From an uncultured bacterium (GTDB lineage Bacteria; Babelota; Babeliae; Babelales; Vermiphilaceae): a stretch of DNA of 64,000 bases. The notes beneath the pieces were generated by a model. That model was not told where the DNA came from. It did no database searches and was given only the letters and a program-made list of their open reading frames with translations. The stretch spans positions 288,001 through 352,000 of the forward strand of contig OY970172.1 in assembly GCA_963707655.1 (NCBI GenBank), in the 5' to 3' direction. Positions 36,495 to 46,563 of this stretch are shown here, piece after piece (positions within the stretch are counted from its first letter, which is position 1; each line of letters opens with the position of its first letter). The position numbers were made by a program, and so were the translations under genes.

Positions 36495-36821
36495 TTGAGT
36501 ATAATTTTTTTCATCTTTGCACTATTAATTATTCTAGGCATATACTTTTTGAAAAAAAGTGATGAAAGAAAACAAATTTTACAGCAGGCGTACAGCGACG
36601 CCACTCAAACATGTAGCGTGAGACTTGTGTCTGTAGGTCCAGAAAAAATTAAAATCATCAAAACTTTTCGAAATTATGTGGATTGGGATTTGACACTTGC
36701 TAAGCAAAAATTGCTAGACACGCCGTTACCTACCGTTGTTGTTTGGAAAATGCCATTATCATTGGGAAAGCAGCTTCAGGAAGATTTGCTAAAGTACGAT
36801 ACTATTATTGAAATATTGTAG
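36495..36821 (+). CDS. Membrane-anchored protein with ribosomal L7/L12 C-terminal-like domain
   Basis: N-terminal TM helix; VRLVSVGPEKIKIIKTFRNY..WDL..AKQ....P.V. Confidence 0.65.
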   Translation: MSIIFFIFALLIILGIYFLKKSDERKQILQQAYSDATQTCSVRLVSVGPEKIKIIKTFRNYVDWDLTLAKQKLLDTPLPTVVVWKMPLSLGKQLQEDLLKYDTIIEIL

Positions 36822-36931
36822 ATCAGTATTCACAGTCTTCATGCAAATTCCGTCTTTTCTCTGTTCATAAATTCTTGATTATAACCCCACTATATCACTA
36901 TCATATACACCGTGTAGAGCTGAAATGACTC

Positions 36932-36983
36932 ATTGTTAAAAGGAGTTGATATGCCTTATAAAGTTGGTAAGAAGACAAAAACA
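36932..36983 (+). repeat. 52-bp perfect direct repeat, copy 1 (RBS + first 11 codons of a small gene)
   Basis: ATTGTTAAAAGGAGTTGATATGCCTTATAAAGTTGGTAAGAAGACAAAAACA identical to 37617-37668. Confidence 0.92.
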
Positions 36984-37077
36984 GGTTGTGTTGGTAGTAA
37001 TTGGGTAAAATCTTAATGTTCTTGTTCAACGGTTACAATGTACATTACAACCGTTGATTTTTTATTTATGGAAAATC

Positions 37078-37575
37078 ATGATCAAAAAAATAATATTTTT
37101 CATAGCATTTGTGTTATTGGCCCTCGTTTATTCTTATCACTATGCATTTGGGCAGAGAGCGGATAACGAGACACTTATAAAAAACATTATGATGTATCCC
37201 ATGCCCCACATCCTTGCAAGATGTCAAAAGGATTATAATTATACTGATGAGGATATGATTATTCTCGAAAAAGAACTTAAACGATATCTCATTCTCTCAT
37301 TCGTTAATGATGAAGCGGATTTAGATACAGGGATGTATAGTGAAGATGTTGATAATCTTTGGCACACATTCATTCTATTTACCAATGAATATGCCGCATT
37401 TTGCAATAAACATTTTAATCGATTCATGCATCACATCCCGGAAATTGATACACAATCTACTCCGGAAGAATTAGAAGAAGATCGTAAAGACTTTCAAGCA
37501 TTTATAAAAGGCTATCAAGAAGTTTTTAAGGAGGAAATCCACCCTGTATGGTATCTTGGTATTCGCGAGGGGTAA
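37078..37575 (+). CDS. Glycine-rich-domain-containing-protein (GRDP/DUF1399)-like hypothetical protein
   Basis: ELKRYLIL...S.DVD.LWH.FIL.T.EY..FC...F.RF.HH.P pattern; N-terminal signal/TM. Confidence 0.65.
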   Translation: MIKKIIFFIAFVLLALVYSYHYAFGQRADNETLIKNIMMYPMPHILARCQKDYNYTDEDMIILEKELKRYLILSFVNDEADLDTGMYSEDVDNLWHTFILFTNEYAAFCNKHFNRFMHHIPEIDTQSTPEELEEDRKDFQAFIKGYQEVFKEEIHPVWYLGIREG

Positions 37576-37616
37576 TGAACGATCGATAAAATTACGAATG
37601 AGTCATGAGACGACTG

Positions 37617-37668
37617 ATTGTTAAAAGGAGTTGATATGCCTTATAAAGTTGGTAAGAAGACAAAAACA
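37617..37668 (+). repeat. 52-bp perfect direct repeat, copy 2
   Basis: Identical to 36932-36983. Confidence 0.92.
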
Positions 37669-37788
37669 AAAGGTTGGCCCATATTAAAATTTGAAAATGG
37701 AAAATGGAGTGTTATTGCACATTCAGATTCTAAATCAAACGCAGAAGCGAGCATTAGGGCTCGCCATGTGGGTGCGCATAAAAAATAA
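37636..37788 (+). CDS. Small basic 50-aa protein (not in ORF track)
   Basis: AAGGAG RBS; MPYKVGKKTKTKGWPILKFENGKWSVIAHSDSKSNAEASIRARHVGAHKK. Confidence 0.6.
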   Translation: MPYKVGKKTKTKGWPILKFENGKWSVIAHSDSKSNAEASIRARHVGAHKK

Positions 37789-37836
37789 TGGTGCAGGACG
37801 CACTCACTTTGAAAAAGGCTGTTGTTTATTACGAAT

Positions 37837-38247
37837 TTATATCCAGAAATTGTAGAGCAGCAAGCCAAAAATTAATAGATTAATAATGTAGAGAGATGTG
37901 CACAAAAGGCAGAGCGATTTTATTTTGAAATATAATAAATACGCCAATCCCGCTGATATGATACATGCTCCTAGTGCAAGGATGAAAAGAAGTTGTGTCA
38001 TATTAAAATATGCCAAAAAAATAACTGCTGTATAATATGTCGTGCTGATGAGAGCGTTAGAGAAAAAGAATATATTCGCATAAGGACTGAGCATTGGTTT
38101 GCTGCACGAAATGCGATCAGATAAATCACACACCGGTTTATATGCAGAATCACGCTTAATTTTCTGTTCAACCCAATACGTATATAACGAGATAAAAAAG
38201 CCAATAGTCGCAAGAATAATAATTATTTGCATCATGATATTCCTCAT
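37837..38247 (-). CDS. Vitamin K epoxide reductase (VKOR) family protein
   Basis: CDLSDRISCSKPMLSPYA, TM helices, CLLC active-site CxxC. Confidence 0.88.
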   Translation of the reverse strand: MRNIMMQIIIILATIGFFISLYTYWVEQKIKRDSAYKPVCDLSDRISCSKPMLSPYANIFFFSNALISTTYYTAVIFLAYFNMTQLLFILALGACIISAGLAYLLYFKIKSLCLLCTSLYIINLLIFGLLLYNFWI

Positions 38248-38468
38248 TTTTTAAAATGTGCAATGGTCTTTTGCCAAAGAATATCTCTTTTTTCTTCTGA
38301 AACTCAATATATGGGTCGAATAAGGTGCATGGTGAGATTAAGAAAACGATCAAAAATTAAGATACGAATAAGCCCCCAAGGAAACAGGTATTTTTGACAA
38401 ATAGAGTAATTTTTATTAGCATTAATTGACTAAGGCTAGTTGTTAATAAATCAAATGGAGTCTACATT

Positions 38469-39410
38469 ATGAAATTATTATATTCAGCCCTTTTAGGGCT
38501 ATCTTTACTCGCCGCTCCCTCTATTCGGGGGATGGATGCTGCCACCAAAGCAACGGCTAAAAAGTTGTTTTCTCGGGTAATGACAGGGGCGCATTGGGGC
38601 TTAACGACTCTTCCTTTTTGGGAAAAATCATATAAGTTTGGAAAAGCGTATTGGAATGGCGATGAAATGGTTGCCCAAAGGTGTGATGCTCCTGCAGACA
38701 TTCAAGCATTTGTTCGTAGTGAATTAAAAAAGAGTGGTATTGAGCGCGCTGATTCAATTTCGGTTAAGCAGTTGAATCATGCAGCAACATGGTCCGCCAT
38801 CTTTGATAAAGCTATCGCCATCAGTACCCACGATTCGGTCCAAAAATATCCGGGCTGTAACCTCAAAAACCTACAAAAGGCACTTGCCGGAGATGCCGCT
38901 TATCGTGATGATCTTGATGCAGCTTGTTTTGCTATTCATCACGAGGCCGGGCATTTAAAAAGCAATGACGGTCTTAAAGGTGGGATCGCTTATGCGATTG
39001 CCCCTATAGCAATACATGCGGTCACCACGAGCCTATCGTTCGGTCGATTAAAATTATTGCAAAAACTTGGCAGAGAAATGCCTCAGCAGAGCTATTCCAT
39101 TGTCAAAAGCCTGCTCAAATTGCCTTCTGCGTTAGGAAAAGTTCTTGCAACTCATCTATCTGTACGTCAATATATTCAACATCAAGAATGGGCTGCTGAT
39201 GAGAATGTCCCTGCGCAAAAGCAGTTACTCAATGCGGGTAAAAAGTATTTTTTGACGCTCGATGAGCAATCAGAACATGCTAGACAGATGAAGGCACAAC
39301 CTGCTCTGCAGTTTTTTCAAAGGCATCCATCTAATGCTGCTCGCATCGCGCGTTTGGATGAGCGTATTGCTGAACTTGATGCTCGAGAGGCTCAACAAAA
39401 GCAATTATAA
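38469..39410 (+). CDS. Secreted M48-like zinc metallopeptidase
   Basis: HHEAGH, QEWAADE, HPSNAARIARL. Confidence 0.75.
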   Translation: MKLLYSALLGLSLLAAPSIRGMDAATKATAKKLFSRVMTGAHWGLTTLPFWEKSYKFGKAYWNGDEMVAQRCDAPADIQAFVRSELKKSGIERADSISVKQLNHAATWSAIFDKAIAISTHDSVQKYPGCNLKNLQKALAGDAAYRDDLDAACFAIHHEAGHLKSNDGLKGGIAYAIAPIAIHAVTTSLSFGRLKLLQKLGREMPQQSYSIVKSLLKLPSALGKVLATHLSVRQYIQHQEWAADENVPAQKQLLNAGKKYFLTLDEQSEHARQMKAQPALQFFQRHPSNAARIARLDERIAELDAREAQQKQL

Positions 39411-39470
39411 AAGATACACTGGAATGTGTATCAAAATATTTTTTTAATTAATCGGGCTAGTAATTCATTA

Positions 39471-40652
39471 ATGAATAAAAGACATATTATTATCGGTGCT
39501 TCTGCAGCTGCTGTTGGAGCCATTAATGGCATTCGCCGTATTGATCCCCAGGCAGAAATTATATGCATTTCCGCTGAACAAGAGGCGCCTTACAATAAAT
39601 GTTTTTTGGCTGACTATCTTGCCGGTAAAAAACAGGCTGAACAGATTTCTATTTTTGATTCTGCACAACAACAGGCAAAGAATGTGCAGCTGATATTAAA
39701 TACACCCATCACTACCATTGATCCGCACAATAAACAGATTGTTGCCCAAGATGGTACACTATTTTCTTATGATTCCCTTTTGATTGCAACCGGAAGCTCT
39801 CCATGGATTCCACCCATTGCCGGGATACAAGATATACAGGGTATTTTTACTTTTCATACACATGCAGATGCGCAAGCCATTGCGCGCTATTGCGCAGAAC
39901 GGGCCATACAAAAAGCGATCATCGTGGGCGCAGGATTGAGCGGTCTTGAATGTGCCGACTCACTGCTCCAAAGAGGAATCGCGGTCGACATGGTTGTGCG
40001 TTCTCATGTTCTGAGCAGCCAATTTGATATTGAATCGGCCGATTTAGTTGCTTACCACGCACGCAACGCCGGCGTAAATTTTTATTTTAATGAGCGAGTA
40101 TCTACGTTGGTAGAAAAAGAAGGTAGAGTTTCAGGGGTGAATCTAGACAGTGGGCAGGAGTTGAGCGCAGAGCTTGTTGTTTTTGCTACTGGCTTGCGTC
40201 CCAATAGTCAGCTTGCTCGCGATGCCAGTATAGCAATTGAGCAGGGGGGTATAGTAACAAATCAGTATATGCAAACCTCAATGCCCTTTATTTACGCGGC
40301 AGGTGATGTTGCCTTGGTCCATGACCAGATTAGCAAGAAAGCGATGCTCAGTTGCTTGTGGCCCGATGCTATGCTGCAAGGATTAATAGCCGGTCAGGCC
40401 ATGGCGGGTCAATTTAAACCATATCCAGGGGTAGTACCCGTAATCAGTTCTGCCTTTTTTGGGCATAAAATCGCCAGCTATAATGCCTCGACACCTTCAC
40501 CCGCTTGGCACGTTATCCGTTCAACAGGGACTGATTTTTATAAGATTTATACAGAAGAAGATAGAGTTCGCGCCTTTTCTTTAGTCGGTTCAATTACCCT
40601 TTTGGGGCAACTCAAACGTGCTCTTTTAACCAATGAACCTTTCAATATTTAA
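39471..40652 (+). CDS. NAD(P)/FAD-dependent oxidoreductase (rubredoxin-reductase/NirB N-terminal-like)
   Basis: IIGASAAA, YDSLLIATGS, VGAGLSGLE, YMQTS...IYAAGDVA. Confidence 0.9.
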   Translation: MNKRHIIIGASAAAVGAINGIRRIDPQAEIICISAEQEAPYNKCFLADYLAGKKQAEQISIFDSAQQQAKNVQLILNTPITTIDPHNKQIVAQDGTLFSYDSLLIATGSSPWIPPIAGIQDIQGIFTFHTHADAQAIARYCAERAIQKAIIVGAGLSGLECADSLLQRGIAVDMVVRSHVLSSQFDIESADLVAYHARNAGVNFYFNERVSTLVEKEGRVSGVNLDSGQELSAELVVFATGLRPNSQLARDASIAIEQGGIVTNQYMQTSMPFIYAAGDVALVHDQISKKAMLSCLWPDAMLQGLIAGQAMAGQFKPYPGVVPVISSAFFGHKIASYNASTPSPAWHVIRSTGTDFYKIYTEEDRVRAFSLVGSITLLGQLKRALLTNEPFNI

Positions 40653-40791
40653 TTAATTCCTTTGTTAGCGCCCTGATGCCATTTTTCCCGATATAGAGCC
40701 GTTTGACAATACCCTGGCTACGCGTATAATTAATACTATAATTACAAATGGAATTAATAAATGGGTATAAATACCCTAAATGGAGGTTTCT

Positions 40792-41310
40792 ATGAAAACT
40801 ATACGAAATATTACTTTAGCTATCAGCTTGTTGGCTGGTATGTCTGCTTTTAACGTTTCGGCCATGTATCGGGATATGGCGACCATTCAGCGAGAAGCGA
40901 ACGAGTTTTTAGCTCCTGCTAAATTAACTTCTGTAGCGATTCCTGTTACATTAGCTCCTGCTGGAGAGACTTTGATTCAGAAATTAGGTTCAAATATATT
41001 TGCGGGCGCAAAAGTAGCTTGTGCCGCTACTAAAGATGCTGCGATTTCTGCTGCATCTTTTGCAAAGGATATAGGTATTAACTTGGCAGCGAAGACAGGA
41101 AGGCAGATGTTGAAAGAAGCAGTTGTGCTGACTGAAGGGCTTTCGCAAACCCCTCTTTTTACCACATGTGTATTGGGTGGTATAGGTATTGCAACGTATA
41201 AAGTTCTTTCAGCTAGGTGTTTTAGATTATCAAATACAGTAAAAATTGGTATTTCTGCCGCTGTACCCACAGCTCTTGTAGGCTTGGCGTATGTGTTGTC
41301 TCATAAATAA
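40792..41310 (+). CDS. Secreted/membrane hypothetical protein
   Basis: GGAGG RBS; signal peptide; two C-terminal hydrophobic helices. Confidence 0.65.
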   Translation: MKTIRNITLAISLLAGMSAFNVSAMYRDMATIQREANEFLAPAKLTSVAIPVTLAPAGETLIQKLGSNIFAGAKVACAATKDAAISAASFAKDIGINLAAKTGRQMLKEAVVLTEGLSQTPLFTTCVLGGIGIATYKVLSARCFRLSNTVKIGISAAVPTALVGLAYVLSHK

Positions 41311-41330
41311 TGAGATTTAGGTAAAATGAT

Positions 41331-41363
41331 TATAGAAGCCGAGAAATCGGCCTTCTATTTTTT
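41331..41363 (+). terminator. Intrinsic terminator
   Basis: ATAGAAGCCGA-GAAA-TCGGCCTTCTATTTTTT. Confidence 0.6.
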
Positions 41364-41380
41364 CAATAAGAGGTGGATCT

Positions 41381-41845
41381 ATGAAGAATAGTACACGATT
41401 AATGACCTTAGTTTTTGCTTTGTCTTGTCTTTTTGGCTTTACATATGCGGCAGAAATAGAACAATCATCGATGGCAACGGAACAAGTGCAGCAATCATCA
41501 TCATTGCTTGCTCCATTAGCTCAGTGGACGGCTTCTGCTTTTATAAGTAGCTACCTGTCTCAGTTTGTACCCTGTGCCATGGCTAAAGTGGGAGCAGGAT
41601 TATCATTATCTGTTGTGGGTAATGTGTACGAAAATTATAAAAACGGTGATATGACCAGCACTAAAGCAATGGCAAATCTCATTCCTGTCTCGGTAAGATC
41701 CTTTCTCGCCAATGCTTCTTCAAAGCCTGCTTTAACGCTCGCAACAGGGGCATGCTTTGTAGCGGCGGCATATGCGCCGTCTTTTGGTATCTCTCCTTTA
41801 TGTCCGATGTTCGCAAGCTTTATTTTGCAGAATGCTATTGCTTGA
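41381..41845 (+). CDS. Secreted/membrane hypothetical protein
   Basis: GAGG RBS; signal peptide; hydrophobic helices. Confidence 0.65.
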   Translation: MKNSTRLMTLVFALSCLFGFTYAAEIEQSSMATEQVQQSSSLLAPLAQWTASAFISSYLSQFVPCAMAKVGAGLSLSVVGNVYENYKNGDMTSTKAMANLIPVSVRSFLANASSKPALTLATGACFVAAAYAPSFGISPLCPMFASFILQNAIA

Positions 41846-41975
41846 TGCAATAATCGCGATTAAAATTGACCCATTTTCACCCACTCATTGATTGACAAAT
41901 AGAATTAAATAAGGTTATGATTATTTTTGAGCATGACGTGTTTCAATCTGTTTAGAAAATCGATAGAGAATCTTT

Positions 41976-42686
41976 ATGATGAAAAATAAATCATTACGAA
42001 ACCCCATTTTTGGCATATTGCTCATATTTACTTGCATGAATGCCATGGAAGAAGCGCCGGCTCGTAAAGAATCATCAACGAGTTATATTCAAACGGTTAC
42101 TCAATATCTCAAGCAGCTTTTTAACAATGGCTCTTACGATAAAGTGTCTGAATTAGTTGATAAAATGGCGATTATTAGTGTTTCCAATGCCGCTTCAAAT
42201 CTCATAAATCAATATTTTGGTAATACGTTTCATGGATACGCGCTTAGTGCGACGGCTAATGTATTTTTATTGACCCTTATTCGCATGTATGAGTGTTATC
42301 AAGAAGGGGATTGGTCCGAGCTGATGAATCTTAGCAAGGTGTTCCCTCGGTCGTATTGGTCTCAAAGTAAACTTTTAACCATTGCGGCCCAGCTGTGTAG
42401 TGCAGGAGCGTATGTAGGCATTTGTCCGACGTATGCATTGAATTTCGGGTTATTCATCAAAGCCCTGCAGTATGATAACGCATTAAAAGAATCAATTATC
42501 GCTAACTTGTATGGGGCTCTTGGGGCCGCTTCTTTTCAGATTTTTAACTCTTATATACACAAGCTGCCTCAGGAAATGCAGGCTGCAGTTGAAAATAAAA
42601 CATACGAGCAGGTTAAAGATTTTACGATTAATTTAAATCATCTTTTTAACATGACACCGATTAACACGGCACCAATACCACAATAA
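41976..42686 (+). CDS. Secreted/membrane hypothetical protein
   Basis: Signal ending CMNA-MEE; hydrophobic segments loosely similar to 41381-41845 (VYENYKNGD / MYECYQEGD). Confidence 0.65.
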   Translation: MMKNKSLRNPIFGILLIFTCMNAMEEAPARKESSTSYIQTVTQYLKQLFNNGSYDKVSELVDKMAIISVSNAASNLINQYFGNTFHGYALSATANVFLLTLIRMYECYQEGDWSELMNLSKVFPRSYWSQSKLLTIAAQLCSAGAYVGICPTYALNFGLFIKALQYDNALKESIIANLYGALGAASFQIFNSYIHKLPQEMQAAVENKTYEQVKDFTINLNHLFNMTPINTAPIPQ

Positions 42687-42715
42687 TAGTCTCAAAAAGC
42701 GCTTGTATAATTTTA

Positions 42716-43903
42716 TTACATCAGTGACAAAAAGGTATACCGAGTCAATTCTTCTTTGCTGTTTCCATTATTATCAATACGTACTATTGGTTTTTTTGTG
42801 CGCCATGCATCAAATAATTCTTCGTATGTTTTAATGTTTTTAAAAACATTTTCCAATGCTATTTCTTGTACTTTTCCATATCCATGATGATACGATCGGG
42901 CTTCAATCAAAAGATTGTTTTTAATATCACTGACTATCATGACATGTCCGGGAATCCATAACAAATCACCGATCTGCAATGCAGTAAGTTGTGTAATTGG
43001 CTTTAAGGATTGCATGAGAGTACTGGTGTTTTTATAAAAATAGGGAATGCCGGCTATCTGTGCTGCGCGAGATACCAGGCCGGCACAATCAAAGCCACTT
43101 TTTGGTGAATCTTGGCAATCAGCAAGTGAAAAATAAGCTTTCGGCGTATTGATTTCTTTTTCTTCTATAACGGGTGAGTGTGAACAGGAAACAAAACTTG
43201 ATCCTCCCCATACATAGGGAATAAAGCAATCGGTAGAAACCCAACTGTGCAAAAGATGTATAAAATACTTTCTCTTCTCACCCGGTTCCATTGGCGGATT
43301 GATTAAGCATATATTTTTATCAATGAGTATCGTTTCCATGCATAAGGTTTGGGGATGTAGCACAAATACTTCTATCTGATTGTTGTGCATTGCCGCACTT
43401 TTTTTATTAATTACAAAGCGCGTTCCGGCAGAAAAAAACAAGTTCGTATGAGAATCGAACCAAGGGTTGGTTAACGTGACAATGTTTTTTTGCTGTGTGT
43501 GAGGAGATTTGAATGAAAGGGGAGCAGGTATTTTTGTTATATCAACCCCTCTTTTTTTTAGTTCTTTACAAGTGACAATGTTATTTTTGCGGGTCCAATA
43601 CACGGTCTGCTTTTTATGATTTGCAAGGTAAAAAAGCTGTGGAATGCTTATGCATACTTCATTTTCTCTCGTCTCCAGCACCGTTACTTTTTCATTGTAG
43701 AGTGATTGATGCAGTCGCGGGCAGCCATTATAGCTATTGTTCAATTGGCGACAGCACAAAGGAAAATCTTGATAAGAGGATAATTCATAAGAAGAAAGTG
43801 GCTGACCGATAAGATCGGCAACCGGCACGATAATAACTGCTTCTTCATGAATTGAGCATATCTTAAAAGAAAATAAAAAGAGCATGATTAAGATGTGACG
43901 CAT
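42716..43903 (-). CDS. NlpC/P60 (C40) family peptidase
   Basis: IPYVWGG, GFDCAGLV, GDLL...GHVMI; SH3-like N-terminal HQSLYNEKV. Confidence 0.88.
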   Translation of the reverse strand: MRHILIMLFLFSFKICSIHEEAVIIVPVADLIGQPLSSYELSSYQDFPLCCRQLNNSYNGCPRLHQSLYNEKVTVLETRENEVCISIPQLFYLANHKKQTVYWTRKNNIVTCKELKKRGVDITKIPAPLSFKSPHTQQKNIVTLTNPWFDSHTNLFFSAGTRFVINKKSAAMHNNQIEVFVLHPQTLCMETILIDKNICLINPPMEPGEKRKYFIHLLHSWVSTDCFIPYVWGGSSFVSCSHSPVIEEKEINTPKAYFSLADCQDSPKSGFDCAGLVSRAAQIAGIPYFYKNTSTLMQSLKPITQLTALQIGDLLWIPGHVMIVSDIKNNLLIEARSYHHGYGKVQEIALENVFKNIKTYEELFDAWRTKKPIVRIDNNGNSKEELTRYTFLSLM

Positions 43904-44119
43904 TTTATTCTCACTGTTATAAAATTATACCTTCTTGCTATCTTCTGACTTATGGTATCATTATTTTGCTGCTGCTGTGAATGAATCACACATTGTTGCG
44001 CAAATACTTTTGTCGCAAGCGGTTTTTTACAAATAGAATAATAATTTATTGAAAATTTATGTTATTCTATCTATTATGAAAGAGAAGAGAGAACATTGTA
44101 TGATGATAGAGAATGAGTT

Positions 44120-45142
44120 ATGAAGCACACATATTTTTTACCATTATTGTTACTTATTGCCCTGTTCAACGGCACAGCTGCCGTGGAATGGACATGGCTG
44201 CATCGCAAAATTTTTTCAGAACAAGAAATGGCCAATAATAAAGTAAAAAAAAATATTGTGTATACAAAAAGCGATCTTCCCAATTTTACTCAATTAATCT
44301 TTTCATGGAATGCGGCACGTTCTGCGCGAGGCTATTTAACTTTTTCCGCGCAAGTGCGCGATGCTCAAACAAAAAAATGGACCCCGTGGTATAAAATGAT
44401 GGAGTGGGGATCGGGCGTACAACGCTCATTTAAAAGCGATGTGTGTAAAGGAATTGGCTATATTCATGTGCGTTTGGAAACGGGAAAACGGCGTGCCGAT
44501 GCCTTTCGCATAAAAGTTGAACCAAGAGAAGGAGCTTCATTATCATCGGTCTATAATTGCTCCGTAGCTCTTTCTGATTTTACCTCTTTTGCCGCTGAAA
44601 ATCCCGCGCTTTATTATTTGCCGTCAGTTGCGGTGGAGGGAGTTCCTACGTTTTCACAGTTTCTCTTAGATCATCCGCGCAATGCAGCGCTGTGTTCGCC
44701 TACCTCTGCCGCTATGGTAGGCAGCTATTTATTACAACGAACGCTAGATCCGCTTGAATTTGCAGAAAGTTCTTACGATTATGGGCTTGAAGTATATGGT
44801 AGTTGGCCCTTTAATACGGCACATATGTTTGAAGTTTCACACGGATTAATAAAAAGCTGTGTCTGCAGGTTGCCATCTTTTAAGCATCTCTATAAACAAT
44901 TAAACAGGGGTTTTCCCGTGATAGTGAGTGTACGTGGGCCACTTCTTGGCTCGGCAACTCCGTATGCCAATGGTCACTTGTTAGTTGTTGTTGGATGGGA
45001 TTTGGACACGCGCGAAGTAATTTGCCATGATCCTGCATTTGATTCTTCATCAGCTGTTGTGAAACGATATCCATTGGCTCAATTTCTGCTTGCGTGGGAG
45101 CGTTCTCATCGTCTTGCTTACGTAGCAGAACTGAGTACATAA
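44120..45142 (+). CDS. C39-like cysteine peptidase
   Basis: FSQ...CSPTSAAMV, YGSWPFNTA, GHLLVVVG, CHDPA. Confidence 0.85.
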   Translation: MKHTYFLPLLLLIALFNGTAAVEWTWLHRKIFSEQEMANNKVKKNIVYTKSDLPNFTQLIFSWNAARSARGYLTFSAQVRDAQTKKWTPWYKMMEWGSGVQRSFKSDVCKGIGYIHVRLETGKRRADAFRIKVEPREGASLSSVYNCSVALSDFTSFAAENPALYYLPSVAVEGVPTFSQFLLDHPRNAALCSPTSAAMVGSYLLQRTLDPLEFAESSYDYGLEVYGSWPFNTAHMFEVSHGLIKSCVCRLPSFKHLYKQLNRGFPVIVSVRGPLLGSATPYANGHLLVVVGWDLDTREVICHDPAFDSSSAVVKRYPLAQFLLAWERSHRLAYVAELST

Positions 45143-45258
45143 CAGTGCGATTGTTTCTACCTGATACGTATATTTCTGTTTTTCATATCCCTGTGTGTTT
45201 TATTGACAATTTGATATTTTGAGTGATAGGATGAAATGCGTAAGGGTGGGATTAAAAA

Positions 45259-46425
45259 ATGAAAGGGTATACCATGAATCATTTGATCAAATCGCATATA
45301 TCAATATTAATAGCATTTTTATTATCTTCGCATATTGAAGCCGCTGAAAATCAGTTACAAAAAGTTTTTTGTCATAAAGGATCAGAAAAATTTGCGCTTG
45401 ATTTAGGAAAAATTGTTTTTTATTTTGCACATAAGCCCATTATTAAGCAGGTTTTACCTGAAAACAATAAAAATAAAAAGCAAACTCAAGTACTGTTTTC
45501 TATTGATCAGACAAAGATCACTTCTGCAGAATGTGAACAGATGGTAGAGGAATGCAATCGATCCAAAAACCCTTTGTATGCGATTAATATTAAGCAAGTG
45601 GTCAAGCCTGCCCCCAGCATTCAAATGACCATTAGTTACGATCCTGAATTAGTCAGCTTTGCGTATGAATCATTCGAAGCAATTACCAAGCAGCCGGGAC
45701 TTGTCTTTACTTTTTATAATAAAAAAAATATAGATAAGCTCAAAAATAAACCAAGTGCAGTTCTCACCACGGTATCAAATAATGCAGTTCCTACCATTGT
45801 CATTGATGCTGGCCATGGAGGTCACGATATCGGCGCAAGCGGTTTTTTTAATATACAGGAAAAAAATTTAACCAAAACAATGGGAGATTTGCTTGCGCAA
45901 TATTTGCAGACCAAAGGGTGGCACGTGGTATTAACGCGCAAGGCAGATGATTTTGTTGCGCTTGGCGAGCGTACAACATGCGCCAATAAAAGCGGCGCTG
46001 ATATGATGATCTCATTACATGCCAATTATTCAGTGAACGAGCAGGCATCAGGTATAGAAACTTTTTGCCTTGATTCATCACTTTTTACTTTTTTAGGTTC
46101 TTCAAATAAAAATGGTAATTCTTTTAGAAAAGTAACGTCTGATAACTCTATGAAATTAAGTAATCTCTTGGCGAGTTCAATCCATCGAAACGTCATAGAG
46201 TTGGCACATCAAAAAAGAGATTCAGTCGTTGATCGTAAAGTTAAGCATGCGGTATCCCAAATTCTCTTGGGCAGTGCTATTCCTACAGTGCTCATTGAGC
46301 TTGGCTTTATTTCAAACAAGCAAGATGCCTATTGGCTCGTTTCTCCTGCGTATCAACTAGCGTTGATAGAAGGAATATATGCAGGAATAAAAAATTACCT
46401 TGATCAGAAGCAGATGGTTCTTTGA
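45259..46425 (+). CDS. N-acetylmuramoyl-L-alanine amidase (Amidase_3)
   Basis: IVIDAGHGGHD.GA, EK, LTR..D.FV.L.ER, ISLHAN, GIETF, LIELGFISN. Confidence 0.92.
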   Translation: MKGYTMNHLIKSHISILIAFLLSSHIEAAENQLQKVFCHKGSEKFALDLGKIVFYFAHKPIIKQVLPENNKNKKQTQVLFSIDQTKITSAECEQMVEECNRSKNPLYAINIKQVVKPAPSIQMTISYDPELVSFAYESFEAITKQPGLVFTFYNKKNIDKLKNKPSAVLTTVSNNAVPTIVIDAGHGGHDIGASGFFNIQEKNLTKTMGDLLAQYLQTKGWHVVLTRKADDFVALGERTTCANKSGADMMISLHANYSVNEQASGIETFCLDSSLFTFLGSSNKNGNSFRKVTSDNSMKLSNLLASSIHRNVIELAHQKRDSVVDRKVKHAVSQILLGSAIPTVLIELGFISNKQDAYWLVSPAYQLALIEGIYAGIKNYLDQKQMVL

Positions 46426-46563
46426 GAACTTGTGTTTGATCAAGATAATGTCTGGTAACATTAAAAAGTCAAAAATTACACCAAAACAAAATCTTTTACC
46501 TTACTGCAACAACAAAATTGCGCTCGCGTTATTGCGACGTACATTGTTATGATAGAGTGTTGA

